Below are positions 37,320 through 51,425 of a stretch of DNA of 64,000 nucleotides, piece after piece. The stretch is taken from NCBI GenBank assembly GCA_964016885.1, contig OZ024740.1, forward strand, positions 90,272,001-90,336,000, given 5' to 3'. The notes under the pieces were generated by a model. It worked only from the letters and a program-made list of their open reading frames with translations. It did no database searches and was not told the DNA's origin. The position numbers and the translations under genes are program-made. Each line of letters starts with the position of its first letter. Position 1 is the first letter of the stretch. This stretch comes from Eledone cirrhosa. Its lineage: Eukaryota.

Positions 37320-39676
37320 TCGAAATATAATAAGTGAATGTAATAGATAAAATCCAAGGGCTGAATATCAAAGACCCGAGGGCGAGCGCCATCCAGCATC
37401 TTCCACCTTGGCCGGTCGCCCTCGTGTGACGTGGCTAAAGCTTACAGTGGGCTACTACCGGTCAAATAAAGGAAAACAGAAAGGGATAGGAACATAAGTC
37501 AGCGTTAATATCATGCCACAAAAAGAAAAGAAAGAAAGAAGAAAGAAGCACGGGGAAGGAAGAAGGAGAGAAGCCAGGGTTAATGTCAGCTATAAGAAAA
37601 AAGACAGAAAGAAAGAGGAGGAAATGTCAATATTACAGTCAGGCCAGGGATGTCGCGAAATAAATTTTTAAGGGGCCCGTATCTTAACAACTACTACCGG
37701 TCAAATATAGGCAAACAAAGAGGGAAAGGTAGATAAGTCAACGTTAATATCATGTCACGAGGAGAAAGACAGAAAGAAGGGAGAAGAGAAGGAAGAAAAG
37801 GAAGAAGAAGAAAAGTCAGGGTTGATGGCTACAAGAAGAAAGATAGAAAGAAAGAGGAAGAAAGGCCGATATTAATGTCCGACTACAGTCAGGTCAGGAA
37901 TGGCGCGAAAAACATATTTTTAAAGGGACCCGTATCTTAGCAGAGGTAAATATAGAGGGGGTCAGTGTGTTAAAATCTGTGAGCAGAAGATTGGAACGTT
38001 ACATTTTTGTTTAGATTTATAGGATGAAGTTAAATAAATAAAAAAATAATCTTTAATATTAACATTATAAAATTAAAGAAATTAGAAAATTTAAAGTTAA
38101 ACAGTTTAACATTTTTAAGGTTGCGAAGTTTTAAGCAAAGAAAGAGTATTTTTATGAAGACACTTAAATGTTATTATAGAGTAAAGATTATGTCTTTGTT
38201 TAGCCGTCAAACGGCATGCGGCGATACAAGCTTGGGCACCCCATCCCTCCGAGTGATATCGCCTAGCGAAAGATATGGAAATCGATTTTTCCGAGTACTC
38301 TAGGAATGTATAACAGGCTTCAGGTGCGCCAGCAGGAAGTCAGCCCGCATCGTTAGGCCATTCTTGTACAAAACCAGTACTATTCCTTTACCCAGGAGGG
38401 GGATTTGCTTAAGTAGAGGGAGGCGTGATATATCTAATAGTTCTGATTTGATCTGTAATTTAAAGGTACTATATGGCGGTCAAAAAACCGGCTGCGCGCC
38501 GAGACCTGGGGCGATTCAAGCCACTCCGAGTAGTTTAATTTACCGAAAGAAGGGGAAATTTATTTGTCCAAGCATTCAAGGTAGGCCTATGCGCCAGGGG
38601 GCCGGTCGCGCCGCCAGGAAAACCAACCCAACAGTCCGATAGAAAGTTAGAACGTTAAAATAATGTTTAGATTTATAGGAGGAAGTTGAAAGAATTCAGA
38701 ATAACATTATAAAATTAAAGAGTAAGAAGATTGAGAATTGAACAAATAGGAAAATTCAAAATTAAACATTTAAAAAATGTTTTTAAAGTTTTGGGTTGCG
38801 GGGTTTAATTGAAGAGTCTTTTATGAAGAAACTTTAATTGTATTATGTAGATCTTCTATAAGTTACCCTAGTGGGATGTAGAGTAAGGTATATAGTCGAG
38901 TAATATTTATTTTTGTTTTCAGGGGGAGACATTCTAGTGTCGTGTGCTAATGGGTACAAGTGAGCAAAAGTCCCAATAAGAGAGTAGAAATACATGGACA
39001 CATAGAAGTAGAATACGTGGAAAAGCACATTAATAAAGCAAAGGTATAAATATATAAATAAACCAACAAGAGTGGTGGTGGAGTAAGATGGAGAAATCAA
39101 GACATAGGAGAAATACAATATAGTTCAGGTTGCAGTATTTATGTGCCCAGGGGGAGACATTCTAGTGTCGTGTGCTAATGGGTACACGCGAGTAAAAGTC
39201 CGAATAAGAGAAGTAAAAAGTACATGAATGTATAGAAGTAGAATACGTAGAAAAAACATTAATACAGCAAAGGTAGAAAGATATAAATATATAAATAAAC
39301 AAACAAGAGTGGTGGTGGAGTAAATGCAGAGATCCAGACACAGGAGAAATACAATATTGGTCAATTTGCAGTCAGATAATGCATATAGATCTGGAAATGG
39401 AATCAGTGTGTGTTCGAGTCTGAGGATTCAGTCTGAGTTATACATGCCCTGAAGTATAGGGTAGCGATTTTAGTCAACACGGTACTGTACAATACATGTT
39501 ATGGTATAATCCGTCGAATTTCGTCGAAGTCTGAATATTCTGAGAGGGAAGTAGCAATGGGCCAGGTGGGCGGTAGGCAAAAACACTGAGTAGCCAAAAT
39601 CAGAATGGTGGTTAGATATATTCAGTCCCATGCCGCTGTTTATTATTACATTTGGAAGTGCTCAATATTTCAGGAG

Positions 39677-39853
39677 CAGTATCGGTAAGGGTCGGACGCC
39701 ATGCTTTGAAGCATAGAGTTACCTCCCTTTATGATCTGAGTTCAAATCCCGCCGAGGTTAACTTTGCCTTTCATCCTTACGGGGTCGATAAAATAAAGTA
39801 CCAGTAATGCACTGGAATAATTGCTGGCCTTGTGCAAAAAGTAGAAACAATTA
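39677..39853 (+). mobile_element. SINE, slightly 5'-truncated, present in only one macro-repeat unit
   Basis: Absent at the equivalent site ggagcattatttattcagg near 42460. Confidence 0.9.
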
Positions 39854-40039
39854 TTTATTCAGGTTTGAGGATCACCACTGGATAGAGCTGGTCAATATCA
39901 ATGTAATAATATGGAGCGTACTCAATGTAAAGCAGTTCAACTGTCTTTGTTTTTTGTAGTTGGTGGTGCTAGTACGGAGTTAAATATTATAATTAAATGA
40001 CAGGAGGCTGGACTTGTGTAAATCCTTGAAAGGTTTATT

Positions 40040-40097
40040 ATACTATGAATATTTCAATGACCGGGTTCCGTATGAATCCGGTGATATCATCAGGTAT
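40040..40097 (-). ncRNA. Type I hammerhead ribozyme, unit 2 (core intact)
   Basis: Minus strand: atac CTGATGA tatc accgg attcatacggaac ccggt catt GAAAT attc ATA gtat, followed by aataaa. Confidence 0.72.
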
Positions 40098-42666
40098 TCG
40101 AAATGTAATAAGTGAATGTAATAGATAAAATCCATGGGGCTGAAAATCAAACACCCGAGGACGACCGCCATCCAGCAGCTTCCACCTTTGCCGGTCGCCC
40201 TCGAGTGACGTGGCTAAAGCCTACAGTGTGCTACTACCTGTCAAATAAAGGAAAACAGAAAGCGATACGTACATAAGTCAGCATTAATGTCAGGCCACAA
40301 GAAAAAATAAAGAAAGAAAGAAAGAAGAGCGAAGAAGAAGGAAGGAAGAAGGAGAGAAGCCAGGGTTAATGTCAGTTATAAGAAGAAAGACAGAAAGAAA
40401 GAGGAGGAAAGGTCGTTATTACAGTCAGGCCAGGAATGTCGCGAAAAAAATGTTTATTCTAAGGGACATTTATCTTAACAACTACTACCGGTCACATATA
40501 GGCAAACAAAGAGGGGAAGGTAGATAAGTCAACGTTAATACCATGCCTCGAGGAGAAAGACAGAAATAAGGGAGAAGAGAAGGAAGAAAAGGAAGAAGAA
40601 GAAAAGTCAGGGTTGTTGGCTACAAGAAGAATTATTGAAAGAAAGAGGAAGAAAGGCCGATATTAATGTCAGGCCAGGAATGGCGCGAAAAAAATATTTT
40701 TAAAGGGACCCGTATCTTAGAAGAGGTAAATATAGAGGGGGTCAGTGTGTTATAATGTGTGAGCAGAAGATTGGAACGTTACATTTTTGTTTAGATTTAT
40801 AGGATGAAGTTAAAAAATAAAAAAAATTAATCTTTAATATTAACATTATAAAATTAAAGAAAGTAGAAAATTTAAAGTCAAACTGTTTAACATTTTCAAG
40901 GTTGCGATGTTTTAAGCAAAGAAAGAGTCTTTTATGAAGACACTTAAAATTTATTATAGAGTAAATATTATGTCTTTGTTTGGCTGTCAAACAGCATGCG
41001 GCGACTAAAAGCTTGGCCAGCCCATCACTCCGAGTGATATCGCCTAGCGAAAGATATGGAAATCGATTTTTCCGACCACTCTAGGAATGTATAACAGGCT
41101 TCAGGTGCGCCAGCAGGAAGTCAGCACGCATCGTTATACCATTCTTGTATAAAACCAGTACTATTCCTTTACCCAGGAGGAGGATTTGCTTAAGTAGAGG
41201 GAGGCGTGATATATCTAATAGTTCTGATTTGATCTGTAATTTAAAGGTACTATATGGCGGTCAAAAAACCGGCTGTGCGCTGGTCCCCTGGGCCTAATAA
41301 AACCACTCCGAGTAGTTTCATTTACCGAAAGAAGGGGAAATTTATTTTTTTCTATGCACTCAAGGTAGGCCTGTGTGCCAGGGGGCCGTCCCTGCCGCCA
41401 GAAAAACCAACCCAACAGTCCGACAGAAAGTTGGAACGTTGAAATATTGTTTAGATATATAGGATGAAGTTGAAAGAATTCAGAATAACATTATAAAATT
41501 AAAGAGTAAGAAGTTTGAGAATTGAACAAATAGAAAATTGAAAATTAAACATTTAAAACACTTTTTTAAAGATTTGGGTTGCGGGGTTTAGTTAAAGAGA
41601 GTCTTTTATGAAGAAACGTTAATTGTATTATGTAGATATTCTACAAGTTATCCTAGTGGGATGTAGAGTAAGGGATATAGCCGGGTAATATTTATTTTTG
41701 TTCTCAGGGGGAGACATTCTAGTGTCGTGTGCTAATGGGTACAACTGAGCAAACGTCTCAAGAAGAGGAGTAGAAATACATGGACACATAGAAGTAGAAT
41801 ACGTGGAAAAGCACATTAATAAAGCAAAGGTACAAATATATAAATAAACCAACAAGAGTGGTGGTGGAGTAAGATGGAGAAATCAAGACATAAAAGAAAT
41901 ACAATATAGTTCAGGTTGCAGTATTTATGTTCCCAGGGGGAGACATTCTAGTGTCGTGTGCTAATTGGTACAGGCGAGTAAAAGTCCGAATAAGAGAAGT
42001 AAAAAGTACATGTATGTATAGAAGTAGAATACGTGGAAAAAACATTAATACAGCAAAGGTAGAAATATATAAAGGCTTAAATAAACAAACAAGAGTGGTG
42101 CTGGAGTAAATGGAGAGATCCAGACACATGATAAATCCAATATTGTTCAAGTTGCAGTCAGATAATGCATATAGATCTGGAAATGGAATTAGTGTGTGTT
42201 CGAGTCTGAGAATTCAGTGTGAGTTATACATGCCCTGAAGTATAGGGTAGCGATTTTAGTCAATACAGTACAGTACAATACATGTTATGGTATAATCCGT
42301 CGAATTTCGTCGAAGTCTGAATATTCTGAGGGGGAAGTAGCAATGGGCCAGGTGGGCGGTAGGCAAAAACACTGATTAGCCAAAATCGGAATGGTGGTTA
42401 GATATATTCAGTCCCATGCCGCTGTTTATTATTACATTTGGAAGTGCTCAATATTTCAGGAGCATTATTTATTCAGGTATCAGGCTCACCACTAGATAGA
42501 GCTGGTCAATTCCGTATGGTCAATCTCTATGTAATAATATGGAGTGTACTCAACGTAAAGCAGTTCAACCGTCTTTGTTTTTGTAGTTGGTGGTGCTATT
42601 ACGGAGTTAAATATTATAATGAAATGACAGGAGGCTGGATTTGTGTAAAACCTTGAAAGGTTTATT

Positions 42667-42724
42667 ATACTATGTTCATTTCAATGAACGGGTTCCGTAT
42701 GAATCCGGTGATATCATCAGGTAT
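42667..42724 (-). ncRNA. Type I hammerhead ribozyme, unit 3 (core intact)
   Basis: Minus strand: atac CTGATGA tatcaccgg..ccgttcatt GAAAT gaac ATA gtat. Confidence 0.68.
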
Positions 42725-44354
42725 TCGAAATATAATAAGTGAATGTAATAGTTAAAATCCATGCGGCTGAAAATCAAAGACCCGAGGATGACCACCATCC
42801 AGCACCTTCCATCTTTGCCGGTCGCCCTCGAGTGACCTGGCTAAAGCTTACAGTGTGCTACTACAGGTCAAATAAAGGAAAACAGAAAGGGATAGAACAT
42901 AAGTCAGCGTTAATATCATGCCACAAAAAGAAAAGAAAGAAAGAAAGAAGAGAGAAGGGGGAAGGAAGAAGGAGAGAAGCCAGGGTTAATGTTAGCTATA
43001 AGAAGAAAGACAGAAAGAAAGAGGAGGAAAGGTCGTTATTACAGTCAGGCCAAGAATGTCGCGAAAAACATGTTTATTCTAAGGGACCCTTATCTTAACA
43101 ACTACTACCGGTCACATATAGGCAAACAAAGGGGGGAAGGTAGATAAGTCAACGTTAATATCATGCCACGAGGAGAAAGACAGCAAGAAGGGAGAAGAGA
43201 AGGAAGAAAAGGAAGAAGAAGAAAAGTCAGTGTTGATGGCTACAAGAAGAAAGATAGAAAGAAAGAGGAAGAAAGGCCGATATTAATGTCGGGCCAGGAA
43301 TGGCGCGAAAAAAATATTTTCAAAGGGACCCGTATCTTAGCAGAGGTAAATATAGAGGGGGTCAGTGTGATATAATGTGTGAGCAGAGGATTGGAACGTT
43401 ACATTTTTGTTTAGATTTATAGGATGAAGTTAATAAAAAAATAATCTTTAATATTAACATTAATAACATTAAAGAAAGTAGAAAATTTAAATTTAAACAG
43501 TTTAACATTTTTAAGGTTGCGAGGTTTTAAGCAACGAAAGATACTTTTATAAAGACACTTAAAATTTATTATAGAGTAAAGATTATGTCTTTGTTTAACC
43601 GTCAAACAGCATGCGGCGACTACAAGCTTGGACAGCCCATCCCTCCGCGTAATATCGCCTAGCGAAAAATATGGAAATCGATTTTTCCGAGCACTCAAGG
43701 AATGTATAACAGGCTTCAGGTGCGCCAGCAGGAAGTCAGCCCGCATCGTTATGCCATTCTTGTATAAAACCAGTACTATTCCTTTACCCATGAGGGGGAT
43801 TTGCTTAAGTAGAGGGAGGCGTGATATATCTAATAGTTCTGATTTGATCTGTAATTTAAAGGTACTATATGGCGGTCAAAAAACCGGCTGTGCGCTGGGC
43901 CCCTGGGGTGAATCAAACCACTTCGAGTAGTTTCTTTTACCGAAAGAAGGGGAAATTCATTTTTCCAAGCACTCAAGGTAGGCCTATGCGCCAGGGGGCC
44001 GGTCCTGCCGCCAGAAAAACCAACCCAACAGTCCGACAGAAAGTTGGAACTTTAAAATATTGTTTAGATTTATAGGATGAAGTTGAAAGAATTCAGAATA
44101 ACATTATACAATTAAAGAGTAAGAAGATTGAGAATTGAACAAATAGAAAATTGAAAATTAAACATTTAAAACACTTTTTTAAAGTTTTGGGTTACGGTGT
44201 TTAGTTAAAGAGAGTCTTTTATGAACAAACGTTAATTGTATTATGTAGATCTTCTATAAGTTATCCTAGTGGGATGTAGAGTAAGAGATATAGCCGGGTA
44301 CTATTTATTTTTGCTCTCACGTGGAGACATTCTAGTGTCGTGTGCTATGTTATT

Positions 44355-44468
44355 TATTCTTTCAATATATTACACTCTGTATAGCTCTACACCTCCACAC
44401 AGAAGTGAACCTATACATCAAGTGCTCACCTGGGTGAACCTGCAGTAACTCCAAGTTACACTCCCTAG
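44355..44468 (+). repeat. Terminal fragment of the 16560-16665 / 26155-26265 family
   Basis: tatattacactctgtatagctctacacctc..agaagtgaacc..gtgaacctgcagtaactccaagttacactcc. Confidence 0.85.
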
Positions 44469-44511
44469 ATATATATATCTATATCTCTCTCTATATATAT
44501 ATATCTCTCTA

Positions 44512-44544
<33 letters not shown>

Positions 44545-44980
44545 GTGTGTGTTTGTGTATGTATATATGTGTGTATAAATATATATAAGTGAGTTTCTTT
44601 CCTTATGATTTTGAAGCTCGAGAATGTATTCTTGATCGGATATTTCCAAAAGCGAAAGAAACCCCAAGGGCTAGAAACGCAAACCTGGTATGTTTATATA
44701 CATTTTTTCTTCTAACTTTAATTTTATACCGAATTGTGTATGGTTGACGATATATTTAATCGATTTCCACGTGCTATTGAAATGTTGGGTAAATATTATA
44801 TAGCTGTTGATCGCGAATAGATGGGTGTCGTTTATTTATCGATTATTTCTTCATAGGTACCTTTTAATCTTATAGCCTGGTTTAATTGTTTTTTTTTTGT
44901 GTGGTTTATTATGGTGTTTGTGAGAGGAAATGGTGTATATATCTTATCAAATGATTCGATGGACATATTTTATTGTAAAT

Positions 44981-45160
<180 letters not shown>

Positions 45161-45174
45161 TTATATTTTTAGAC

Positions 45175-48100
45175 TGACCTTCAGGAATAAAATATGGAGT
45201 TGCGAAAATGACTTGGACTTGCATCAAATCAATCCTTGACAGTAACAAACAGTGGTGTAATTGCGGCTCACCAAATAGAAATTTAGTAAACATTAGACAT
45301 TATGAAGAATGGACACCGCAAAAAACAATTACCTATGCAGATAAAATGAAATTGTCAGAAAATAAATTAGCCATGTATACACCAAATATCCTCATCAATC
45401 ATATGGCAGATATCCTGATGAAAATTAGAAATAAACCAAATCAGTTCATAGACCAAGAAAGCCTCATTGACTTATTGGTGGGATTAATAATTGTTTCTAC
45501 TTTAGGCACAAGGCCAGCAATTACCCAGTGCATTACTGGTACTTTATTTTATCGACCCCGTAAGGATGAAAGGCAAAGTTAATCTCGGCGGGATTTGAGG
45601 TTAACTTTGCCTTTCATCCTTACGGGGTCGATAAAATAAAGTACCAGTAATGCACTGGGAAATTGCTGGCCTTGTGCCTAAAGTAGAAACAATTATTAAT
45701 CCCACCAATAAGTCAATGAGGCTTTCTTGGTCTATGAACTGATTGATTAATAATGTTAGCAGAAGCACTGAATAACCACCAACCAACAACTCCAACAACA
45801 CAACCAGACCAAACGTATGTTATGACAAAATTCAGCGAAATTGAAATAGATATAGCAGCATGAAAGGAGCTAACAACCAATCAAATACTGAAAAACAACA
45901 AGATTTAAAATTAAACATACCATAGACAAAAACAGCAAACATGTGGAGTGCTGTTGTGAAGAAAAACAGACCCAATCAGAACATATGATCCAAGGATAAA
46001 CATAAACAAGGCAGCTACATATCTTTCAAATTTAACCCTCATCCAACACAACAACATCTTGCTCTCCAACAGAAAAACAAATGGTACTCCACTATTAATA
46101 AATGTCTCTCAGAGAAACAAATAACCAGATTACTAATAAATGATATACGGTTAACGAAAATATGAAACAAATTAGAAAGAATATCAAAGAAAATACCTTA
46201 AAACCAAGAGGAACGTTTTAAGCACACAATTGCAGAAATGTTTGTAGGTTATGAATCAATTCTTATCCAACCCTCACATCCAATTGTGATACACAATGTC
46301 CAAAATGACATAGATGAATACTTCCCATCCATAAAATTAAAGGATATAAATCCCAGTCACTGAGATTTCTAATAAATAATAACAAAATCAACAGCCTATC
46401 AACCCACGACAGCATCAAAACTGGTAGACAAACAATCCCAAGATTATTTATTCAATCCAGGGTATGCTGATTTAATGGATATTTTAAAGGGACTAGAGTG
46501 GAAGCTTTCATTTTTAATAACAAGTGCAACCACTGCTAATCCACAAACTCTACTACAGAAACTGTCCTGAAAAATATGACTCTACTAAGGCAAAATGGAG
46601 CCCAACCCTATAACAAACACTATTTATCTAACAACAGCGTAACAATCACCACATCATCACAAAACCAAAGTCCAATCAGCAATGTACCCATTAATTACCA
46701 AAAGAGCACAAAACAAAGGACTTCAAAGATTTGTTCAAGAACAACTGGGAAAGTCAACAATAAAAATATCAATGAACCAAATTAAGATATGCAACATCAA
46801 CCTAAACAAACAGCATGAACTATTGGAACTGTATTTAAACCTTTATGGCTAAACATTTGACATATCCTCTTTCAAGAGCCCTGCTACGTTACTTGAGCCT
46901 TACAAAAGGGCATTCACAGAATTCTCTTTTATAATATCAAATACATGGAATATCATGGAACATCATGTTGCCTCACAGTAATTAGAACTAATCTCTAAAT
47001 TAGGCATAATACGAATGGAGTGTAACTCCATAAATATTGTGTTTATGTAATGGGGAAGCTAGACTTGTATCTAATAAATATCTTTAACCTCTTAAAAAGC
47101 ACAGAGCAAATAAAATGAAATTGAAGACTTCCCAGATTCATCTAATCCACAAAACAAAAGGCTAATTTCTGGGGACGTCAACACACACCATCCATACTGA
47201 AATACTAACATCACAAGAACAGTATAAATGTAGAATATCTCTTAGAGGTTATGAATAAACAACTTTATTCTACATAGAGTACCAGACTCCCCTAGCAACA
47301 GACATTTTAACAATAGTGCCTCAACACTAGAACATTTGTGGTCTTCTCGTCCAGCCTCTCCGTTTATAGAAATGGATCTAGTGTCGGATCATGCCACCAA
47401 CACTTTTACTATTGCAATTCCTATAACCAATGAAACTTTGAGCTATTGCGAAGCACAGCAAATAAAGCCTACAGCAAGAAAATAGCAATTTCAAAAAGCT
47501 AACTGGATGAGTTTATTAATTAGTTAGAATTAAACAACCACCATACAACAAATTTTACAATGTCCAATCAGCTAAAAACAAGTCGACAATTATTTGTCGA
47601 CAAAATACAGGATACAATCACTGAGAAAGTTCCTTTTACATATTCCATTCCAAATAAAAATAATAGCAATGATGATAAAAACTACAATAAGGCATGGTTG
47701 AGTGAAACAACTAAGAAGGGAAATGACTCAGTCATAAAAAAAATAAAAATACTATTCTACAGATTCCAATTATGAAAGATATAAAGGACTAGAGAAAAAA
47801 GTTTAAAAGACAAATAAAACAAGTCCATGGGTGATATAAGGAGCATATATCACCCATGGACTCCAGGTTAGCTTTCGTAGTCAATAAATCCTTTTTGACT
47901 TGTTTTATTTGTCTTTTAAACTTTTTTCTTTCTATATGGAACATATACAACTCAATCATCAAACCCGAACTCCCCAAAATGAATTAAGTGCTTTTGATAC
48001 ATGACTGCAATGGTGAGGTAATCTCAGACACTTACAAACTTTCTTCGCTAGTTGCATAATCATATTTTGGCAACACTTCATCTACAGTATTCTCTACCCA

Positions 48101-50425
48101 TTTTAAAGCTTCCAATCCGCTCACACCAAACGTAGATTTCCTTCCAATTATTGAACAAGAACTGCTAGCAGTTAAGGATGAATTGAAAATTGAAATGGCC
48201 ACAGCAACTGATCATATTTCCAATTTAATCATCAATGAAACTTGAAGTGTAATATATGAAATAGTGCTAAAGTTATTTAATAGTATAATTAAATTCCAAC
48301 ACCATCCAGACCTATGGGAATTTACTCACATGTTAGTAATACCAAAACTAAATCAGGATAACTAACACTCTACCAGATCATACCATCCAATAGCTTTACT
48401 AAACAATCTTTCTAAAATGCTATAAAAAATGTTAGGCATTAGATTATCTTACTTAGGAGAGACAATGAACATTTTATCTAAATTCAAGTTCAGAATTTGA
48501 GTGAATAAAATCACCGAGAACTGTGCACATGAAATAACCATATTCATTAGAAACTCAAAATTGTTGGAAAAAAATTGATCGCTCTAGACATAAAGGGAGC
48601 TTACCACAATGTGGTTCATGACACTTTAGTAAAGAAATTACACCATTTTGAAATCCCCAAATATCTCTAGCTGGGCTGAAAGCTTTCTCACTCATCGTAG
48701 TACAAGTCTGATTCTTGGAAACGAAAAAAAGCAAAAACATTTACGTTTTAAAGATTCTCCCACAGGGATGGCCAGTCTCTCCCGTTCTCTTTTACACAAC
48801 ATACTTATTTACATCTATAAATAAAATTGTAGAAGTATCAGGTTTTGCAGTTGATATCAACTTATATACTTCATCTAGTATCATCAACAACAACAAAACC
48901 AAATTATGCACAGCTCTAGCAACTGAAGGAGCAAGAACAAATGGCCAAAAGTTTGATCCCCCTATAACTCAACTATTTCATTTCCATAATCTTGAATGCA
49001 TCAATTATCAATGCGATGAAATATACTTGATGAACCAACTACTGATACCACAAAAATCAATCAAGACACTGGATATTTCGTGACAATCTGACTTGAAATG
49101 TGAAACTCATCTCAAACACGCACTGGAAAGAGTGACATCAATATCGCATACAATTAAAGTAATCTCAAAGAAAACCCACTACCTAACATACTACCACTTG
49201 AGACTGTATAATATGGGAGTCATCAATGCGCAATTGTTGTATTGCAGCTGGGTTTGGGAGCACACAAGTACCAGCTATATTTAAGCTATTGATATATTCC
49301 ATACCCAAATTAGCACAACCATACTGGGATGTTTAATATCTACTCCCAAGATAGTGACTTTTCCTGAAGCAGGGTTAACCCCAACGCACTTGTTGATAGA
49401 AGAATCCAGGAAACGCAAATTACCAATTGCTCAGTTTACATGCAAACGAAAAGAGCATGATAGTTGACTCCCCCAATTAAAATCGTTTAAAATAATGATC
49501 AAAAACACAAAAGAGGAAGCGAAGCAACTCCTTAACACTAACCCACAGTCATTCTCTTTTAACAGCTGGCTTTGCTACACAGACAGGGCACATTCAGACA
49601 AGGGAGTTGGCTTTGGAGTAAATTTGTCTTTCAAAAATAATTATAAAGATACGAACGTCAGATTACATCAATATTACACTATATCTGATGCAGAATAGTG
49701 GGGAATTACATTATCCATAAATTCAGCTAAGGAATTGACCGGGGGAAATGGTTTTCTGTTTACTAATAGTCTATCCAACCTAGAACTGTCGGGTTAGAGA
49801 TATTGCGAATTCTCTGTTTAAAACATAACTTCCTCTCGGAAAATAATTAAGAAATGACAGTGATTTGGATACTGGGCCATACAGATATTAGAGGAAATAG
49901 GAATGGAGACGAATTACCCAAGGTGGGAGCACAAATGGAGATAATAGTTATAGATTCCATCCCAAATCTTTCGCAGGTAAAATCATTTAGCAAACAAATA
50001 ATTAGTCAAGGGTGGGAAACATTTTGGGAAGAATCCAGAGATAAGCTCACAAATTTCAATGCCCCACGTTCTCAACCACATTTAACAACATTAAAAACTT
50101 ATCAATCATTGAGTTAAGCAATTTTAAAAAAAAGACTATGCTGGCTTCGAACTGGACATATACCTTTGAAATACATTCTATCAAGGACTGGTTGTAGAGA
50201 TTCACCTCAATGCTCTGGTGACTCTCCAAAAATTCTTTGGCACTATCTGTTCCAATGTAGAAAATGTCAGTCTGATGAAACCAATCTTTAAAATCTACTA
50301 AGATTGGATGTCATCATCATCATCATCATCATTTCAGTTTACGTTCGCTTTTTCCCTGCTTGCAAGATTATAAAAGGTCTACCAAATGTAAACAAAATAT
50401 TTGAGTACATGGAAGCTACAAAAAT
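45175..50425 (+). mobile_element. Heavily decayed LINE with APE, RT and RNase H (I-group-like)
   Basis: IKICNINLNK..FQEP and ISGDVNTHHP (APE). VIPK..TRSYHPIALLNNLSKML, LPQGWPVSPVLF and GFAVDI (RT). CYTDRA..GVGFGV..TISDAE and WILGHTDIRGNRNGDEL (RNase H). LRTGH..HYLFQC. Many stops; boundaries approximate. Confidence 0.8.
45439..45744. repeat. Near-perfect 148-bp-arm inverted repeat made of a SINE 3' half plus ~50 bp of flanking LINE DNA
   Basis: Arms 45439-45586 and 45597-45744, loop ggcgggattt. Confidence 0.93.
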
Positions 50426-50582
50426 ATTCAACAAGATAAATGTCTAGCTGTTATACAGTTTCCCTTGTTTCCACTTTTCCTTTTCGTTTTCTTAGGCATA
50501 ATCTGCATCCCATTGCCCTTCAATATTTGAAATGTTAATTTTGTTATTGCCTCATTTTCTCTATTTATTATTATTATTATTC

Positions 50583-51083
50583 TGCGGTAGGTTGGCAATA
50601 TCGGTAGAGAGTCGGACACCATGCTTTGAAGCATAGAGTGACGTCCATTTATGATCAGATTTCAAATCCTGCCGAGGTTAACTTTGCCTTTCATCCTTAC
50701 GGGGTCGATAAAATAAAGTACCAGTAATGCACTGGTTAATTGCTGGCCTTGTGCCTAAAGTAGAAACAATTATTATTATTATTGTGCGGTGGATTGGCAG
50801 TATCGGTAGAGAGTCGGACACCATGCTTTGAAGTATAGAGTTACGTCCCTTTATGATCTCATTTCAAATCCTGCCGAGGTTAACTTTGTCTTTCATCCTT
50901 ACGGGGTCGATAAAATAAAGTACCAGTAATGTACTGTGTGATTGCTGGCCTTGTGCCAAAAATAGAAACAATTATCCCACCGAGGTTAACTTTGCCTTTC
51001 ATCTTTACGGGGTCGATAACATAAAGTACCAGTAATGTACTGGGTAATTGCTGGTCTTGTGCCAATAGTAGAAACAATTATTA
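50583..51083 (+). mobile_element. Head-to-tail cluster of three SINE copies (two full, one 5'-truncated)
   Basis: Copies start at about 50583, 50785 and 50978, each ending in ..agaaacaattat. Confidence 0.9.
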
Positions 51084-51189
51084 TTTTAGTTTTCAGGTAT
51101 TTTTTTTCCCTTTATTTTATTTTCGTTGTCTCACTAGCTCTATTTGATTACCAACTGTAAGGAGTACTTGATAGTTCTCCGAGTTTGTC

Positions 51190-51425
51190 ATGGCTTACTA
51201 GCCCCATCGACAGTTGATCGACTTTCGTCAAATCGGACCAAGGAAACTTTGTTTCCGTTGGTCTTTACAATTGCAAATAATATCTTTTGGTTGCAACTTC
51301 AGGTACAAGGAGCTATGTGAAATAAAGTGTCTTGCTCAAGGACATAACGCATCGCTCTGTCCAGGAATCGAACTCACAACCTCACGATTGCAAATCCAAT
51401 TCTCTAACCACTCAGCCACACACCA
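51190..51425 (-). mobile_element. Second tRNA-derived SINE family
   Basis: Minus strand: A-box gtggctgagtggtt, B-box gagttcgattcc, then tgtccttgagcaagacactt central motif. Confidence 0.8.

Larger units (their letters stand above)
37213..44348 (-). repeat. Tandem macro-repeat, ~2.6-kb unit x ~2.65, one hammerhead per unit (probable non-autonomous PLE derivative)
   Basis: atgacaggaggctgga recurs at 37219, 39997 and 42624 (periods 2778 and 2627). Unit 1 carries an extra SINE. Internal sub-duplications are present. Confidence 0.88.

Noticed and set aside
37490-37870. Lys/Arg/Glu-rich ORFs in the macro-repeat
   Set aside because: Purine-rich low-complexity sequence; frames are not preserved between units.
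44590-44800. Possible further hammerhead words (cttatga, gaaacgc)
   Set aside because: I could not assemble three consistent stems.
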